A stretch of 64,000 bases of DNA from Gracilinanus agilis (lineage: Eukaryota): assembly GCF_016433145.1 (NCBI RefSeq), contig NC_058133.1:111000969-111064968 (forward strand). The letters are read 5' to 3'. Positions 15,061 to 27,574 of the stretch are shown in pieces. The translations under genes and the position numbers were made by a program. Within the stretch, counting starts at the first letter, position 1. The number at the start of each line of letters is the position of its first letter. The notes under the pieces were generated by a model. The model did no database searches. It was not told where the DNA came from and saw only the letters and a program-made list of their open reading frames with translations.

Positions 15061-16050
15061 GCCTAGAGGTCCCCAGGTTCTTTCTAGCTCAAAAATCTTA
15101 TAATTGATCCTCTCAGTGTGTAATCTCAGGCAAATTATTTGACCTGTCTGAGCCTTTCTCTGTAAAGTGGTAGATAATGCCTAGTCTACCATAGCCTGCC
15201 AGCCCCTTTGATGGATGTAAGTTTCTGATGAGAAAATGGATGTAAAAATCCATTGGAAACTTAAGTGCTATGCTGATGAGAGGTAGTATCAGCTCAGTAA
15301 ATGTCAGTTGAATGAATTAATCTCTTGGGCAGGGGAGGATAGCTTGGAAGTGGGAGTACTCCAGAGTACTATATTGGTGATGTTCCCATGAAGAGGGCGG
15401 CTTCTCTGGGAGTGGGACTTGTACTCTATTAGGCATATCCAAAGAGACAGACGTTCTTGGAGGCAATGTATGTGTGTGGGCATGTGCTTCTAGTAGGCTG
15501 AAAATGAGATAATAAAGCATCTACTTCCTGGGGTTGTTGAGAGGATCAAATGAGATCACATGTGTAAAGTGCTTTGTAAACCTGTGTAATTGCTAATCAG
15601 CATCATCACCATCACTGTTATTATTAGTGTTGAATGATGCTCTTTACCACCTTCTCCTTATGCAAATGCTCCTACCTGTTATAAATGCAGCTAGAGACTG
15701 CCCAGAAAGGAGACTCAGAGCAGCCTTGCTTTCCTCCCCCCACCTTTATCTGCTGACTCAGATTGGCACCCTCTATTTCTCCTAACTAGGTTCTTCTTCT
15801 AAGCAGTCCCTGACCACAAGTCCTCTTTAAGGTTTCCCCTCACCTCTCTGCTTCCTTCCAGGGCACTCCCTTTCTGTTTCAGCAGCAGAGATGCTCTTCC
15901 TCTCCTTGGAAATCTCATATTGGAGGGAATAGACTGAGCATCATATTTATACATTGTCAGAGCTGGAAAGGGAGCTTACAGATGATATAATGACAGGCTG
16001 GGGAAACCTATTTCTTCCCCTCTGCCTCTTTCTTTACCTCTTGAACTCTT

Positions 16051-16372
16051 TTTTTTAAGTGTATTTTTTATTATTAATATTTTTTATTTTTAGAAAAATT
16101 TTCCATGGTTACATGATTCATGTTTTTACTTTCCCCTTCACCCTCTCAAACTCCCCCCCCCCCCATAGCTAACTTGAATTTCCACTGGTTTTAACATGTG
16201 TCATCAATCAAGACTTATTTATATATTATTGATAGTTGCATTGGTGTGGTCCTTTTGGGTCTACATCCCCAATCATGTCCTCATCAACCCAAGTGTTCAA
16301 GCAGTTGTTTTTCTTCTGTGTTTCCTCTCCTGTAGTTCTTCCTCTGAATGTGGGTATCATTCTTTTCCATAT
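16051..16372 (-). mobile_element. 5'-truncated L1 3'UTR fragment with ~12-bp TSD
   Basis: Poly-T tail. It is homologous to the + strand L1 3'UTR copies at 20221-20490 and 63790-64000. Flanked by TCTTGAACTCTT (16039) and TCTTGAATTCTT (16373). Confidence 0.85.
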
Positions 16373-16405
16373 TCTTGAATTCTTAAGACAGTAGTTTGAT
16401 TCCTA

Positions 16406-17126
16406 TTTCCCACTTTTCTTGCCAAATCTCTTCAATCTTTCTCATGATCTCAGATTTAAACTCTTCAAGAGCTTATGGCCAGTTTTCATTTTTTTGGGAA
16501 GGTTTGGTCGTGATTACTTGTTTGTTCTCCTCTGCTGTTTTCTCTGTTGTCTGGATTTTTTCTGTGTAAAAGTTGTTGAATGTTAAAGATTTCTTCTTGA
16601 TCTTTCTCTTTTGAGGTTCTTATGCTGTGCTTGTTTCTTTCTCAGTCAGAAGTCTGGGTGAGGCAGACAGGCTCTCTGCCTATCAAGCTGTGGAGCAGTT
16701 TTTGCCCGAGTCACAGCACCCGTGGGCCCTCTCAGCTTTATCCTCACACTCAGGGTCTGCCTGCGCTCTTTAGGCTCCTGAGGTCTCAGGTCTAGTTGTT
16801 CTCAGGGTCAAGCCTCCTGGTGGTCCCCTTGCTTGCTCTTCTGCTGGAGGCTCCTATAACAATCTCAGGGTGCTGCTTCCACAGTCATGCACCCCTCTGC
16901 ACTGGGTTCCCCACTCAAGGTCCACACCTGTGCTTAGGATGCGTGTCTGTGCCTGTGCTCAAGGTCTGTGTTCAAAGTCTGAGAGTTCTTTAGCCTCTTG
17001 GGGTCTTAAGTCTTTCTGCTCTCAGGAGCAGGCCCTGGTGATCCCAGGTAGCTGCAAGAACTTAGTGACTTAGTAAATACTCCAAACTTTCTCTAACTCT
17101 TGTGTGCTGGCTTTGGCACTGTAGGT

Positions 17127-17186
<60 letters not shown>

Positions 17187-17395
17187 TGCTCAGCTCACGT
17201 TTTAGTGAGAGCTATTTCACCCCCTTATAGCATGGAAATGCCCTGATCCCATGTACCTTCAATGCTGCACCCTGTTGTGGGGTCCCTTTGTTCATCTGGA
17301 TTTGGTTTTTGTCTCCTCTTGAGGAGTCATATGTAGGTGGGTTAGGAGAGGTTAAGCCAACTGCTTCTACTCTGCTGCCATCTTCCCTCTTACTC
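16406..17395 (-). mobile_element. L1 5'UTR plus ORF1 N-terminal stub (3'-truncated L1)
   Basis: YY1-type GCCATCTT at 17377-17384 (AAGATGGC on minus), typical of L1 5' ends. Minus frame 16619-16407 reads EPQKRKIKKKSLTFNNFY...KPSQKNENWP*ALEEFKSEIMRKIEEIWQEKWE, which is ORF1-like. Internal (GT)n at 17128-17182. Confidence 0.75.
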
Positions 17396-17595
17396 CAGTA
17401 ATTTGATTCCTAACCCAATTATACTGTGGACCCAAAGGCTAACAATGGATAAAATGGCACTTAGTCCTCTGTCAGCTTGAAGTTCAGGCACTCTGAGATC
17501 AAGGCCTGCCTCTGACTTGTGTTACAAGTCTCTTTGTGCTTAATATTCCCCACATTTTAAAGCAGTGGTTCTTAACTTGGGGTCTGTACCTTTTT

Positions 17596-17795
17596 TTTTT
17601 TTTCCCTTAAACCTTCTGTCTTGGAATCAGTACTATGTAATGGCTCCAAGGCAGAAGAGTATAAGGGTTAGGCAGTGGGGGTCAAGTGACTTGCCCAGTG
17701 TCATAGAGCTGGGCTGAGTGTCTGAGGCCAGATTGAACCCAAGACCTGCCGTCTCTAGGCCTGGCTTTCAATTCACTGAGCTACCCAACTGCCCC
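17596..17795 (-). mobile_element. SINE-1-type element inserted in a hAT remnant, 12-bp TSD
   Basis: CTGTACCTTTTT at 17584-17595 and 17796-17807. Confidence 0.85.
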
Positions 17796-19199
17796 CTGTA
17801 CCTTTTTAAAAATTTTATTTTGACAACTATTTCAATATAATTGGTTTCTTTTGTAATCCTAAGTATTTTATTTCATGAATTTAAAAATATCATTCTGAGA
17901 AGGGGTCCATAATTTTCACCAAACTACCAAAGGGGTCCATGGCACAAAATAGCACCAAAAAAATCCCTCTCTTAAAGTGATTAATACTGTGGACAAGGAG
18001 GATCTGATTTCTAATTTGGCCCAAGACACACAGTAGCTATGTAATGTTGGGCAAGTAATTTAATCTCTTTCAGCCTTAATTTCCTTATCTGTAAAATGAG
18101 AATAATATTTGTAGCACTTTCACAAAATTGTTGTGAGGATCAGATGAGTTAATGTGTATAGATGACACATTATATAAATATAAATCTCTTATTATTAATG
18201 AGAAAAGGTGGGAGGAAGTTGAACTGTTTTGTTCCTTCTACTTCAGAATTAGTCAAGTATATGACTTACTGGTACCTAGGCACAGTTTGGAACTATAGTC
18301 TTCTGCAAAGAGAAAGAGGCACATAGCCTTATATAAAATATTTTGGTTTCCAGAAGGATAATGTCTTTTCCCTCCTCAATTTTCCAGAAAGGAAAATGAG
18401 GCCTAAGTAATCTGCCAGGCCTTGATTACTGAACAGCTGGACTTGTGACTTATGGGATAGGCCCAGTTATCTTCATTATGCATTTAAACCCTAATTTAAT
18501 TGTCTTTTACATTATTTCCAGGCCTTGCTCTGTCCCTATCCCCTCCTTCAGATTTCATTCAGCTGCTGTCAGTAGTCTTCACTTTGTACATCTTTTCTCC
18601 CTCCACTCCCAATGTCCTCACCTGCATTTGGGAGAGTACTAGCTAGCAGGACCTAAGTCTAAGAGCCCAGAGGCAAGGTTATCTGTTTGGCTTCAGAGCC
18701 TATGAAATAATGCTGCTATATGAAGAATTTAGAACAACTGAGGTTAGTTATATCCTTTCAGAAAGCTAAACCCCTCTCATTCTGACACAGGTAGATTCTG
18801 GAGCAGGCCACTTAGCTAAATATTCATGAAAAAATTAATTAGCAATCCTGTGGGTTTGGCAGTTGCTGCCTCCCTAAGGACAGGTAGGTTGAGGCTATGC
18901 ACTTTATTGTTTCTTCTCTTAGCTGTATGGAGACACATCCAGTGTCTCATTAACCCTTGCTGGTTTGATCATTGTTATTTCTTATATGTCTGTTATTAAT
19001 TTTATTTTCAAATATTCATTGAGATATACATTTATTTATTGAAATATTCATTTATTCTATATGAAATTCAATGAGAAATGCAAAGAAGCACCTATACCCT
19101 TGATCTCTCTGTCCTTTTCTGGCTCCCTTGGTGGATGGGTAGGAAGAAACTCTGTTCCATTGGTCATCTCTGACCTCTCATTCATTTCCTCCTAGTGCC

Positions 19200-19870
19200 T
19201 TTCCTTGATTCTGCTACATCTTGAAAGGATCATTTTATTTCTCAGGCCAAAATCCTAGGACTAGCCTTGAACTGATGTGGGACTTCAGACCACTTTTTCC
19301 CTATCTAGTCCCTCCTCAACCTTTTGGAATCTCTCACTTTCATTTCTAACACTCTACTGAAACTGCTGTTTCCAAGGAAACCAGGAATCTTTTAATTGTC
19401 AAATCTATTGGCCTTTTCTCAGTCTTCCTTCTTAGTATTTTCTCCTCCCTTGAATTCTGAAACACTACACTGTCCTCATTCACTTCCTACCACTAATAAC
19501 CTGTTTTCTTCATCAGGCTCCTTTTCCAGCCCCTTAAAATGGGTGTTTCCCAAGGCTGTGTCCTTGACCCTCTTTTCCCCTTTCTTGTTTCTTTTGGCAG
19601 TTCTATCTATTCCCATGGCTTCAGTTATTGCCTTTTTGTACATGACTCCGACATCAATAATTCTAATCTCTACCTCTCCCCTTGAGTTCCAGTTCTGTAT
19701 TTCTGACAGTATAAATGAGCATACATTCAATACGTCCATAAATTAATCTCTTCTCACTAAAAAACAAACAAAAAACAACCAAAAAAAACCCCCAAAACAA
19801 ACAAACACCCAAATCCCTGTTCCTTCTCATTACTGTTTCCCTCACCATTCTCCTAGTTAACCCAGTAATC
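19200..19870 (+). mobile_element. L2 LINE ORF2 (RT region) remnant
   Basis: CTACTGAAACTGCTGTTTCCAAGG...AAATCTATTGGCCTTTTCTCAGTC matches the L2 TETAL.KV..DL..AKS.G.FSV region. A similar remnant lies at about 40430-40960. Confidence 0.7.
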
Positions 19871-20220
19871 CAGTCAGTTGACAAGTTCTGTGTGTGGGAG
19901 GGGTGGACTGGACCTATGATTTAATTGGTATCCCAATAAGGAAATTCCTTCTCCCTATGCAGATTGGTACCTGCTGGGCAACTTTGAGTTACCTGGGGTG
20001 CTCAACGATTGGATGACTTGCCCAAGGTTTCATGTAGCCAGTGGTAACAAATGCAGGTCTTGAACCTACATCTCCATTACTCTAAGGTTACTGTGTCTCT
20101 CTATATGCCCTACTCCCTCTCTATGTGTCCTACTGCCCCTCTAGGCCTTCATTATCTCTAGCTCATGGATTTTTAACTTAGAGTGAACTTTTAAAAATAT
20201 AATTGTATTTAGATAATTCT

Positions 20221-20490
20221 GAGAGACTTAACGAAAAAGAACACTATCCACATTCAAAGGAAGAACTGTGGGAGCAGAAACACAGATGGGGATATGATTG
20301 AGGATGTAGACTCTAAACAATCACCCTATTGCAAATATCAATAATATGGAAATAGGTCTTGATCAATGACACATGTAAAACCCAGTGGAATTGCTTGTCA
20401 GCTATGGAAGGGGGAAGGGGAGAGGGGAGGGAAAGAACATGAATCCTGTAAACACGAAAAAATATTCTAAATTAATTAAATAAAATTTCC
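20221..20490 (+). mobile_element. L1 3'UTR fragment
   Basis: Shares ATCAATAATATGGAAATAGGTCTTGATCAA-GACACATGT-AAA-CCAGTGGAA with 63790-64000; G-rich tract and A-rich end. Confidence 0.85.
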
Positions 20491-21106
20491 TCCAAAAAAT
20501 ATAGCTGTTATTTTAACAATTAATTTTTGAAAATTTTATTTATTGTCATGTAAAACATACTTCCATATTGGTCATCACTGTAAGAGCAAATTCATACATA
20601 ACCAAACCCCCCAAATAAAACTGTAAATACACTGATGTGAAAGACAATTCAAACAGTTCTTTCTCTGGAAATTAATTTTATTATCCTATGTATTTTATGC
20701 TTTTAAAAATATTCTGAGAAGGGATTCATAGATTTCAGGAAAAAGGGGCCCATGACACAAAATAATTTTAAGACCCTTATGATAGCCTTTTCTTTTGTTT
20801 TTCCCTTTTCTAATCTATTTTTCATTTGGCTGCCAGAATCAGGTCTAATTCCGATTCTTCAGGGTCTTCCCATTGCATTCTAAATAGGATGAAGAGATAA
20901 ATGAGATTATTTGCCTTTGAGATGGTCAGGAAGGTCTGATTTTTGATATTTGAACTGGGCTTTTTAAGGATGATTAAGATTTCAATATGGGAAGGAAGGC
21001 AGGTTCAGAGCTGGGACATCCAAAAACACTAGAGTACACAATGGGTAGGCCAGTTTGTCTAAGAGTAGGTCAGTCAGCAATTATTTTTTTAAGATTGGAT
21101 TATGGT

Positions 21107-21316
21107 TGGGGCAGGTAGGTGGTTCAGGGGGATAGAAAGCCATTCCTAGAGATGGAAGATACTGGATTCAAAACTGACCTTAGATACTTCCAAGCTGTGT
21201 GACCCTAGGCAAGTCATTAACCCCCACTGTTTATCCCTTATCACTCTTCTGCCTTAGAACTAATACATAGTGTTAATTCTAAGGGGGAAGGTAAGGGTTT
21301 TTTTTTTTTTTTTTTA
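21107..21316 (+). mobile_element. CORE-SINE (SINE-1 type)
   Basis: GGGGCAGGTAGGTGG head, core, GAAGGTAAGGGTTT tail. Confidence 0.8.
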
Positions 21317-23084
21317 AGGGTCTGATTATGGTGATTATGGTATCATGCTAAGTGTTAGGGATAAAAAAAAAAAAGGCAAAACCAGAATAAACAAACTAAA
21401 ATTTTTCTTCAAGGGGTGTTATTCCTAGATATACACAAGATATAAACAAAGTAGTTGGGAGAGAGTCTAAGAAGGGAAGGCATTAAGGAGCCTGGGAGAA
21501 TATAAGAGAGACCTCCTATAGAAATTGGGTTTGGAGCTGAATCTTGAAGGGAACTAGAGAAACTAAGAAGTCAGAGGTGAATGGGCAGAGCATTCTGGGT
21601 TATGAGGGTTAGCCAGGGTGAAAGCATGAAGATGGAAAGGGTAGTGTCCTATTTCAGGAACTTCAAGTAGGGCAATGTAGTTGTATCATAGGATTTGTGG
21701 AGGAAAATGGTATAAGAAAATTGGAGTAGGGTTATTAGGTTGCTGATCACTCCTGTTAGAATCTTCTTTTATTAGAATGGAGACCCCTTGAGGTCAGGGA
21801 CCCTCTCATCTTGTTTGGGGCTTTGTTTATATAGAGAATATTTGACATATGGTCCTACCTAACCAGAGCCAGGGAGAGGTTGGGAAAAGGAGAATGATGG
21901 GGTTAATTAAAACTGTGGGCTAGAGGAGTTATTTTAATCCTGGTTCTGACCCAATAAAGCATGTCTCCTTTGCATAGGAGAATAGTTTCTTTGAGGCACG
22001 AGTTTCCTAGGTAGGGCTTGGTCTAGCTTTGGTTTGGAGTCAAAGTGAGTATACACAGTGCTCTGAAGAGGAGAAGGAGGCTCTATGATCTCCAAGGAAG
22101 AAATTGCTACCAAACTTCCCTCTTTTCTCCTTGTTCTTGGTTTTGGGCATCATCAGAGGGATCGAATAGAAGAGATTTGGAGACCGTTGGTGCAGATGGG
22201 AAAGTGAAACAGTGGGTCATGCCTGTTTTTCCTGAGTGCTCTTGAGACAAAGGAAGTTGCAACACACCCCTTTCTGTGTGTGTTTTTGTGTTTTCTTTTT
22301 ATAGAGTGGGAAGGAGGAAAAAAGCACTTCCAGTAAAGTCCAGAAAAAAAACCCAACTGGTCTCAGAGTTGATAGTTATTGTCCCTTTCTCTTATAGTCA
22401 TTCATTTTCTTTACTTCCCTTTTCTTCCCTACACTGCCTCAAAAACCATTGCTAAGGCTTAGTAGACAAATTTTCTTCCTCTTAAATAATCAAATCCCTT
22501 CAGTAGGTTAGGTCTGTTTGCAAAGAGAAAACTTTGGGGCTGAAGGTCCATTCTCTTCCAGATAGGTCAATAAAATCCAGATGGAAAAATATTTTCTTTT
22601 CTTTTTTTTTTAAAGACTTCCTCAGAAAGAGATCACTTTATAGACTTTCTTGATTACCTGTTTCTGATAGAGAAGTCTGTGTAGGCATGGGAATTGTTCC
22701 TGATATCTAGTCTAAGACCCCCCCCCCCCCCCCGAGTTTTAGTTATAACCTAACTAAACTAATCTAACTGGTTGATCTGCTGTGTAATGGTGGAGGTGTA
22801 TCTAACATTAAAATCACTGATTTATCTGCCTAATTCTAAACATGTTTCTGGTAGGATATTGGTAAATAAATTGAAAATTCCTTCTAGAGGACCTGGTTGC
22901 AAATTCCAGCTCTGGACCTTACAACCTAAGTGACCTTGGATAAGTCTCTGGTTATCAGTTACCTCATCAGTAAATGGAAGAGATTGAATTAGATGATCTC
23001 TGTCCCTTCATGATCATTCTCCACACACTATCCTCTCTCCATCACTTCAGTGAAAATGGGGGTCAGTTTATGTTGTTTGTTGTT

Positions 23085-23760
23085 GTTCAGCTGTGACTTC
23101 CATTTGGGGTTTTCTTGGCAAAGATACTGACATAGTATGCTATTTGCTTCTCTGGCTCATTTTACAGATGAGGAACCTGAGGCCATCAAGATTAAGTGCC
23201 CGGGGGGGGGGGCAGTTGGATGGCTCAGTGGATGGAGAGCCAGGCCTAGAGACAGGAGGTCCTAGGTTCAAATCTGGCCTTAGACACCCCAGCTGTGTGA
23301 CCCTGGGCAAGTCACTTAACCCCCATTGCCTAGCCCTGTAACAAATAAAATTAATAAAGAAGGATATATAAAAAAGATATTAGGGTCTAAAAAAATTAAA
23401 AAAAAAAAAAGATTAAGTGCCCAGGATCTGAGGCCAATTAAAAAAAACAAAAAACCAACAACCCTTACTTTTGGGGGCAGCTGGGTAACTCAGTGGATTG
23501 AGAACCAGGCCTAGAGACGGGAGGTCCTAAATTCAAATCTGACCTCAGACACTTCCCAGTTGTGTGACCCCCATTGCCTACCCTTACCACTCTTCTGCCT
23601 TGGAACCAATACACAGTATTGATTCTAAGATGGAAGGTGAGGGTTTAAAAAAACAACAACCCTTACTTTCTGTTTTAGTATCAATTCTAAAATAGAAGAA
23701 CTGCAAGGGTTAGGCAATTGGGGTTAAGTGTCACAAAGCTAGGAAGTATTTGAGGCCATT
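23085..23760. mobile_element. Nested SINE stack: Mar1-like (-), SINE (+) 23202-23408, older SINE (-), SINE (+) 23472-23653
   Basis: TSD AAGATTAAGTGCCC at 23188 and 23409; TSD CAACAACCCTTACTTT at 23456 and 23654. Confidence 0.85.
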
Positions 23761-24532
23761 GAGTCCAAATTTGAACTCTGCCTGGGACTCTTCTTCACTA
23801 CCTTGCTGGTTCAGTTTCTAGAATCAGAAGTCAAGGGCGTCAGGGAGAGCAGAGCTTTCTGAACCATATTAAGATTGTAGTTTGAGGGCAGAGTGGGAAA
23901 AATGGATAGATCCTTGTAGTTATTACATTTTTAGCATTGGTTCTGGAGATTATGGAGCCTACATGGGGGACAGTGAAATTGTGAACATGTCAGCCAGGAA
24001 TTGAAGAATTCTGTACCTAGCCATGTCTAGGGGCACAATCCAATGGGTATTTAGAGAGACAAAGGGTTGACGCAGTCCTGTGGCTTCACTCCACACACCT
24101 GGTATTTGGGGGTGGGCTGGTCTGTATCCAGCTTGCAGGATATTAATTGCATTGAGAAGGGCAAAGTCCATTGGGAAGTAGGCTCTGTTTAAACTGTTTT
24201 CCATAACCAGTAGTTAATTATGTTGCCTTTGGAACAGCTGATAATGAGGTTTCCCCTTCAAGCTTGAGGAGGGCAGTCAGTTTGTACCAGGAAGCTCTTG
24301 TGTTGGAGAAGGGAAGGTCCTACATAGGAGGAGTTATGTATTCAAACTTGTTTATTTGGATTCACTGTTGAGACTACTTAAATAAAAAAGCTACTTTCCT
24401 GGGGATTCATTCAGCCAGCACTTAAGGGTCTATACAATGTGCAAAGCACTGAATTAGAGTTTTGCAACAATACAAAATTTAGTTAAAGCAATGTCTTAGT
24501 TTTGTTGGAGAATGAAATACAAATACAAGTAG

Positions 24533-24699
24533 GAGGCTTATTGGATAAAGAACCAGGCCTAGAGTTAGAAGGACCTGAGTTCAAATTAGACAGCTTCCTA
24601 GCTGTGTGACCCTGAGTAAGTCATTTAACCCCAGTTGCCTAGCCCTTACAGCTCTTCTGCCTCAGAACCAATAAGACAGAAGGTAAGGATTTAAAAAAA
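24533..24699 (+). mobile_element. CORE-SINE (SINE-1 type)
   Basis: B-box, core and GACAGAAGGTAAGG tail; degenerate AAATACAA..AAGTAG flanks. Confidence 0.8.
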
Positions 24700-25290
24700 T
24701 ACAAATACAACAAGTAGAATACCCCATACTACCAAGAACATTTGAGAAATGCAAAACAAAGTAGTTAGTTTTGCTATAGTGAATGTTTAAAAAATATGAA
24801 TTTGTTCCAATTCGACTGGATTGTTTAGGGAACATGTTGAAAATAACTTGAATTTTTAATTTGTTTCTGAGACATTTATTCTATGAGAAACACTGAGAGA
24901 ACTCAGAAAATTGTACCACTTTACTTCACAATTGTACTATTTCACAAGCTGCAACCCTTCCAGTGCTCATTTCTGGAAAGTAAAGTTCAGGTCTTTGAGA
25001 AGGGAAAGTGCCCTATTTATTGTGTATTCTGTAAGATTCTAGTTTAGGAGGAGTTGTGTCTCTCTAGATTAGGAGAGCATGAGGAGCAGGGATGTCCTCA
25101 AGTCCCCATTCTGCCTTAAATTGCCAGTCCCAGATTGCTCCTCAGGCCAGGACCTGAGGCCTCTGATTCAGCCACTGTTCATGTAGTAGTGTTTTATTCA
25201 TTCCTTAACCATTTAATGTGTATAAAATGCTACTGTTTTAAAAGTAGGTGCCTGTCTTTTTTAAAATGTCATTGACAAAGTTAAAAAAAA

Positions 25291-25457
25291 TTTTTTTTAA
25301 TACCTTTACTTTCTGTCCAAATAACAGCTCTAAGACCGAAGGGCAAGGGCTGGACAAACGGTTAATTGTCTTGCTTAGCATCACACATCTAGGAGTGTCT
25401 GAGGTTAAGTTTGAACTCAAGTCCTCCCAACTTCAGGTCTGATGTTACCAGCTGTCC
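25291..25457 (-). mobile_element. CORE-SINE (SINE-1 type), decayed
   Basis: Reverse-strand tail and core motifs. Confidence 0.7.
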
Positions 25458-26129
25458 TTATTGACAGAAGTTTTGAGGGTTGTTCCCCAAGTCCCATTTC
25501 CCTTATAAACTTTGTGTTTTTTATTGTTTAATTTTGCATATTGAGATGATTTGGGCCTTTTTCCTGTGTGGCTATTGATAACTTGTATTTCAATCTTGGA
25601 GAATTGTTATCTATTGGGGAGAATAACTGTCAGCCTTATATATTTGAACGCTATCTTTATATATTTAGGATATAATACATTTATTAGGGTTTTTACTACT
25701 GCAAAGGTAATTTGAGGTTTTAAGGTTGCAAAGAATCAAACACACCTAGATTCTCTTACATTCTCAGGTAAAAAACAAAACCAACCAAAGGAAAAACCAA
25801 AAGAAAAAAACAACACATTCCTTGACTTTACCACACCATCAAATAATCATTCTATATATCTCTTGTCCTTTTATTTATTTTTTAAATTTTTATTTTATTT
25901 TTCCACAATCATGTGTAGAAACAGTTTCCAACATTTAAAAAAAAGAATTTTGAGTCTCAGATCTCTCCTTACTCTTCTCTCCCTGCTCCTCCTAAGATGG
26001 TAAGTAATCTCATTTAGATTTTACATGTGTAATCTTGCAAAACATTTTACAATATTAATTCTTTTGTGGATCTCTTGTGCTTTTAACAGTTAAACTTCTA
26101 GAAAAAGTCTTCTGTGTGTATTGCTTTAG

Positions 26130-27490
26130 CTTTTTTACTGGATACTCCCCAAGCCTTCACACTTTGGCTTTCTACCATCCCTAACAACTGAAACTGCTAT
26201 CTCCAAGGTTTCCAGTGTTGCCTTAATTGTGAAATCTAATGCTCCTTTTCTCAGTCATCATCTTTTGTGACTAATCAGTATCCTTTGAATTTGTTTGCCC
26301 CTTCCTTCTGGGCATTCTCTCCTCTTTGAGTTTGGAAGGCACTATTCTTTTCTGGTTTAATTTGTCTCTTTCTTTGAAAGTGAGAATCCTGAAAGTTCTG
26401 TCCTGGACATTTTTATCCCTAATACCTTCTGGAGGGGATCTCATGAGCTTCTGGATTGAGCTATTTCTGTAAAGGTGACTCTCTGTATCTTTATACATAG
26501 CCTCAATTACTCTTCTGACCTCTTTGTTGGCCATTCTTACTTGAATGCTTTATAGGCTTCTCAAAATCAGTGTGTCTAAAACAGAACTCATTCCCCTTTC
26601 TACCTCCAAAGCCCAAAACTGCTCTTCAAATTTTCCTGTTCATACAAAGAGCACCATCATCATTCTAGGCATCCAGTTTTGCTAACTCATTCCTTTCCCT
26701 TAATGTCTGTATCCAATCAGTTGCCAAATCTGTCTCTTTAACAAAACATCTCTCATCCCTTTTTTCCTTTTCTTTACTTGTGTTTAGTCCATTTGGACTC
26801 ATGGTGTTCAGTCTTTTCCAATCTAGCCTCTGTATAGCTACAAAATCATCTCCCGAAAGAATACCTGACTGTGTCTCTGCCCTGCTTAAGAAACTTCAGT
26901 GGCTCTTTCTTGCCTGTAGAATAAAATACAAACTTTTCAGCATCTTTCACAATCTGACTCTAAACTGCCCTTTTAGGCTTATTTTATTTACCATAAGATC
27001 CAGCAAAAATGGCCTACCTCGGCAGCTGGGTAGCTCAGTGGAGTGAGAGTCAGACCTAGAGACAGGAGGTCCTAGGTTCAAACCCGGCCTCAGCCACTTA
27101 CCAGCTGTGTGACCCTGGGCAAGTCACTTGACCCCCACTGCCCACCCTTACCGCTCTTCCACCTATGAGACAATACACCGAAGTACAAGGGTTTAAAAAA
27201 AAAAAAAAATGGCCTACCTGCTACTTCTCAAGCTTAAGTTTTCTGTCACCTCTTATTGCCTACAATGCAATTCTCTTAATATTTGCCTTTTAGAATCTTA
27301 ATTGCTTGCAATACCTCAGGTTCCTTTTCTTGATTTACCCAATTGTTAATGTTTTCTCCTTTCTCAAATTACCTCATATGTATTTTTTTAAAGTATTACC
27401 CTCCTCACCCCCCAAGTGTAAACTTCTTACCTTCAGGGACAGTTTGTAATTTTGCATTTGTATTCCCAGTGCTTTTCATAGAGTAGCCAT
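26130..27490 (+). mobile_element. L2 LINE 3' remnant interrupted by a SINE
   Basis: L2 RT-region and 3' motifs (ACTGAAACTGCTATCTCCAAGG, AAAACAGAACTCAT, ATCCAATCAGTTGCCAAATC, TGTATTCCCAGTGCTT). Confidence 0.7.
27020..27204 (+). mobile_element. Young SINE-1-type element with 15-bp TSD
   Basis: AAAAATGGCCTACCT at 27005 and 27205; A-box TAGCTCAGTGG, B-box GGTTCAAACCC, poly-A. Confidence 0.93.
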
Positions 27491-27574
27491 CTATTAATTA
27501 CCTGTATTGGAAAAGACCTTAAGCATCATATACTACAGTGGTCCCCAGCCACTAGTGGATCTGACAATTTTTTC

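Noticed and set aside
16051-17395. A single internally deleted L1 (3'UTR joined to 5'UTR)
   Set aside because: Each piece has its own flanking direct repeat, with a short spacer between them, so two independent insertions fit better.
27020-27100. tRNA-like A/B-box sequences at SINE heads
   Set aside because: No cloverleaf or acceptor stem. They are followed by SINE core, tail and TSDs, so they are not tRNA genes.
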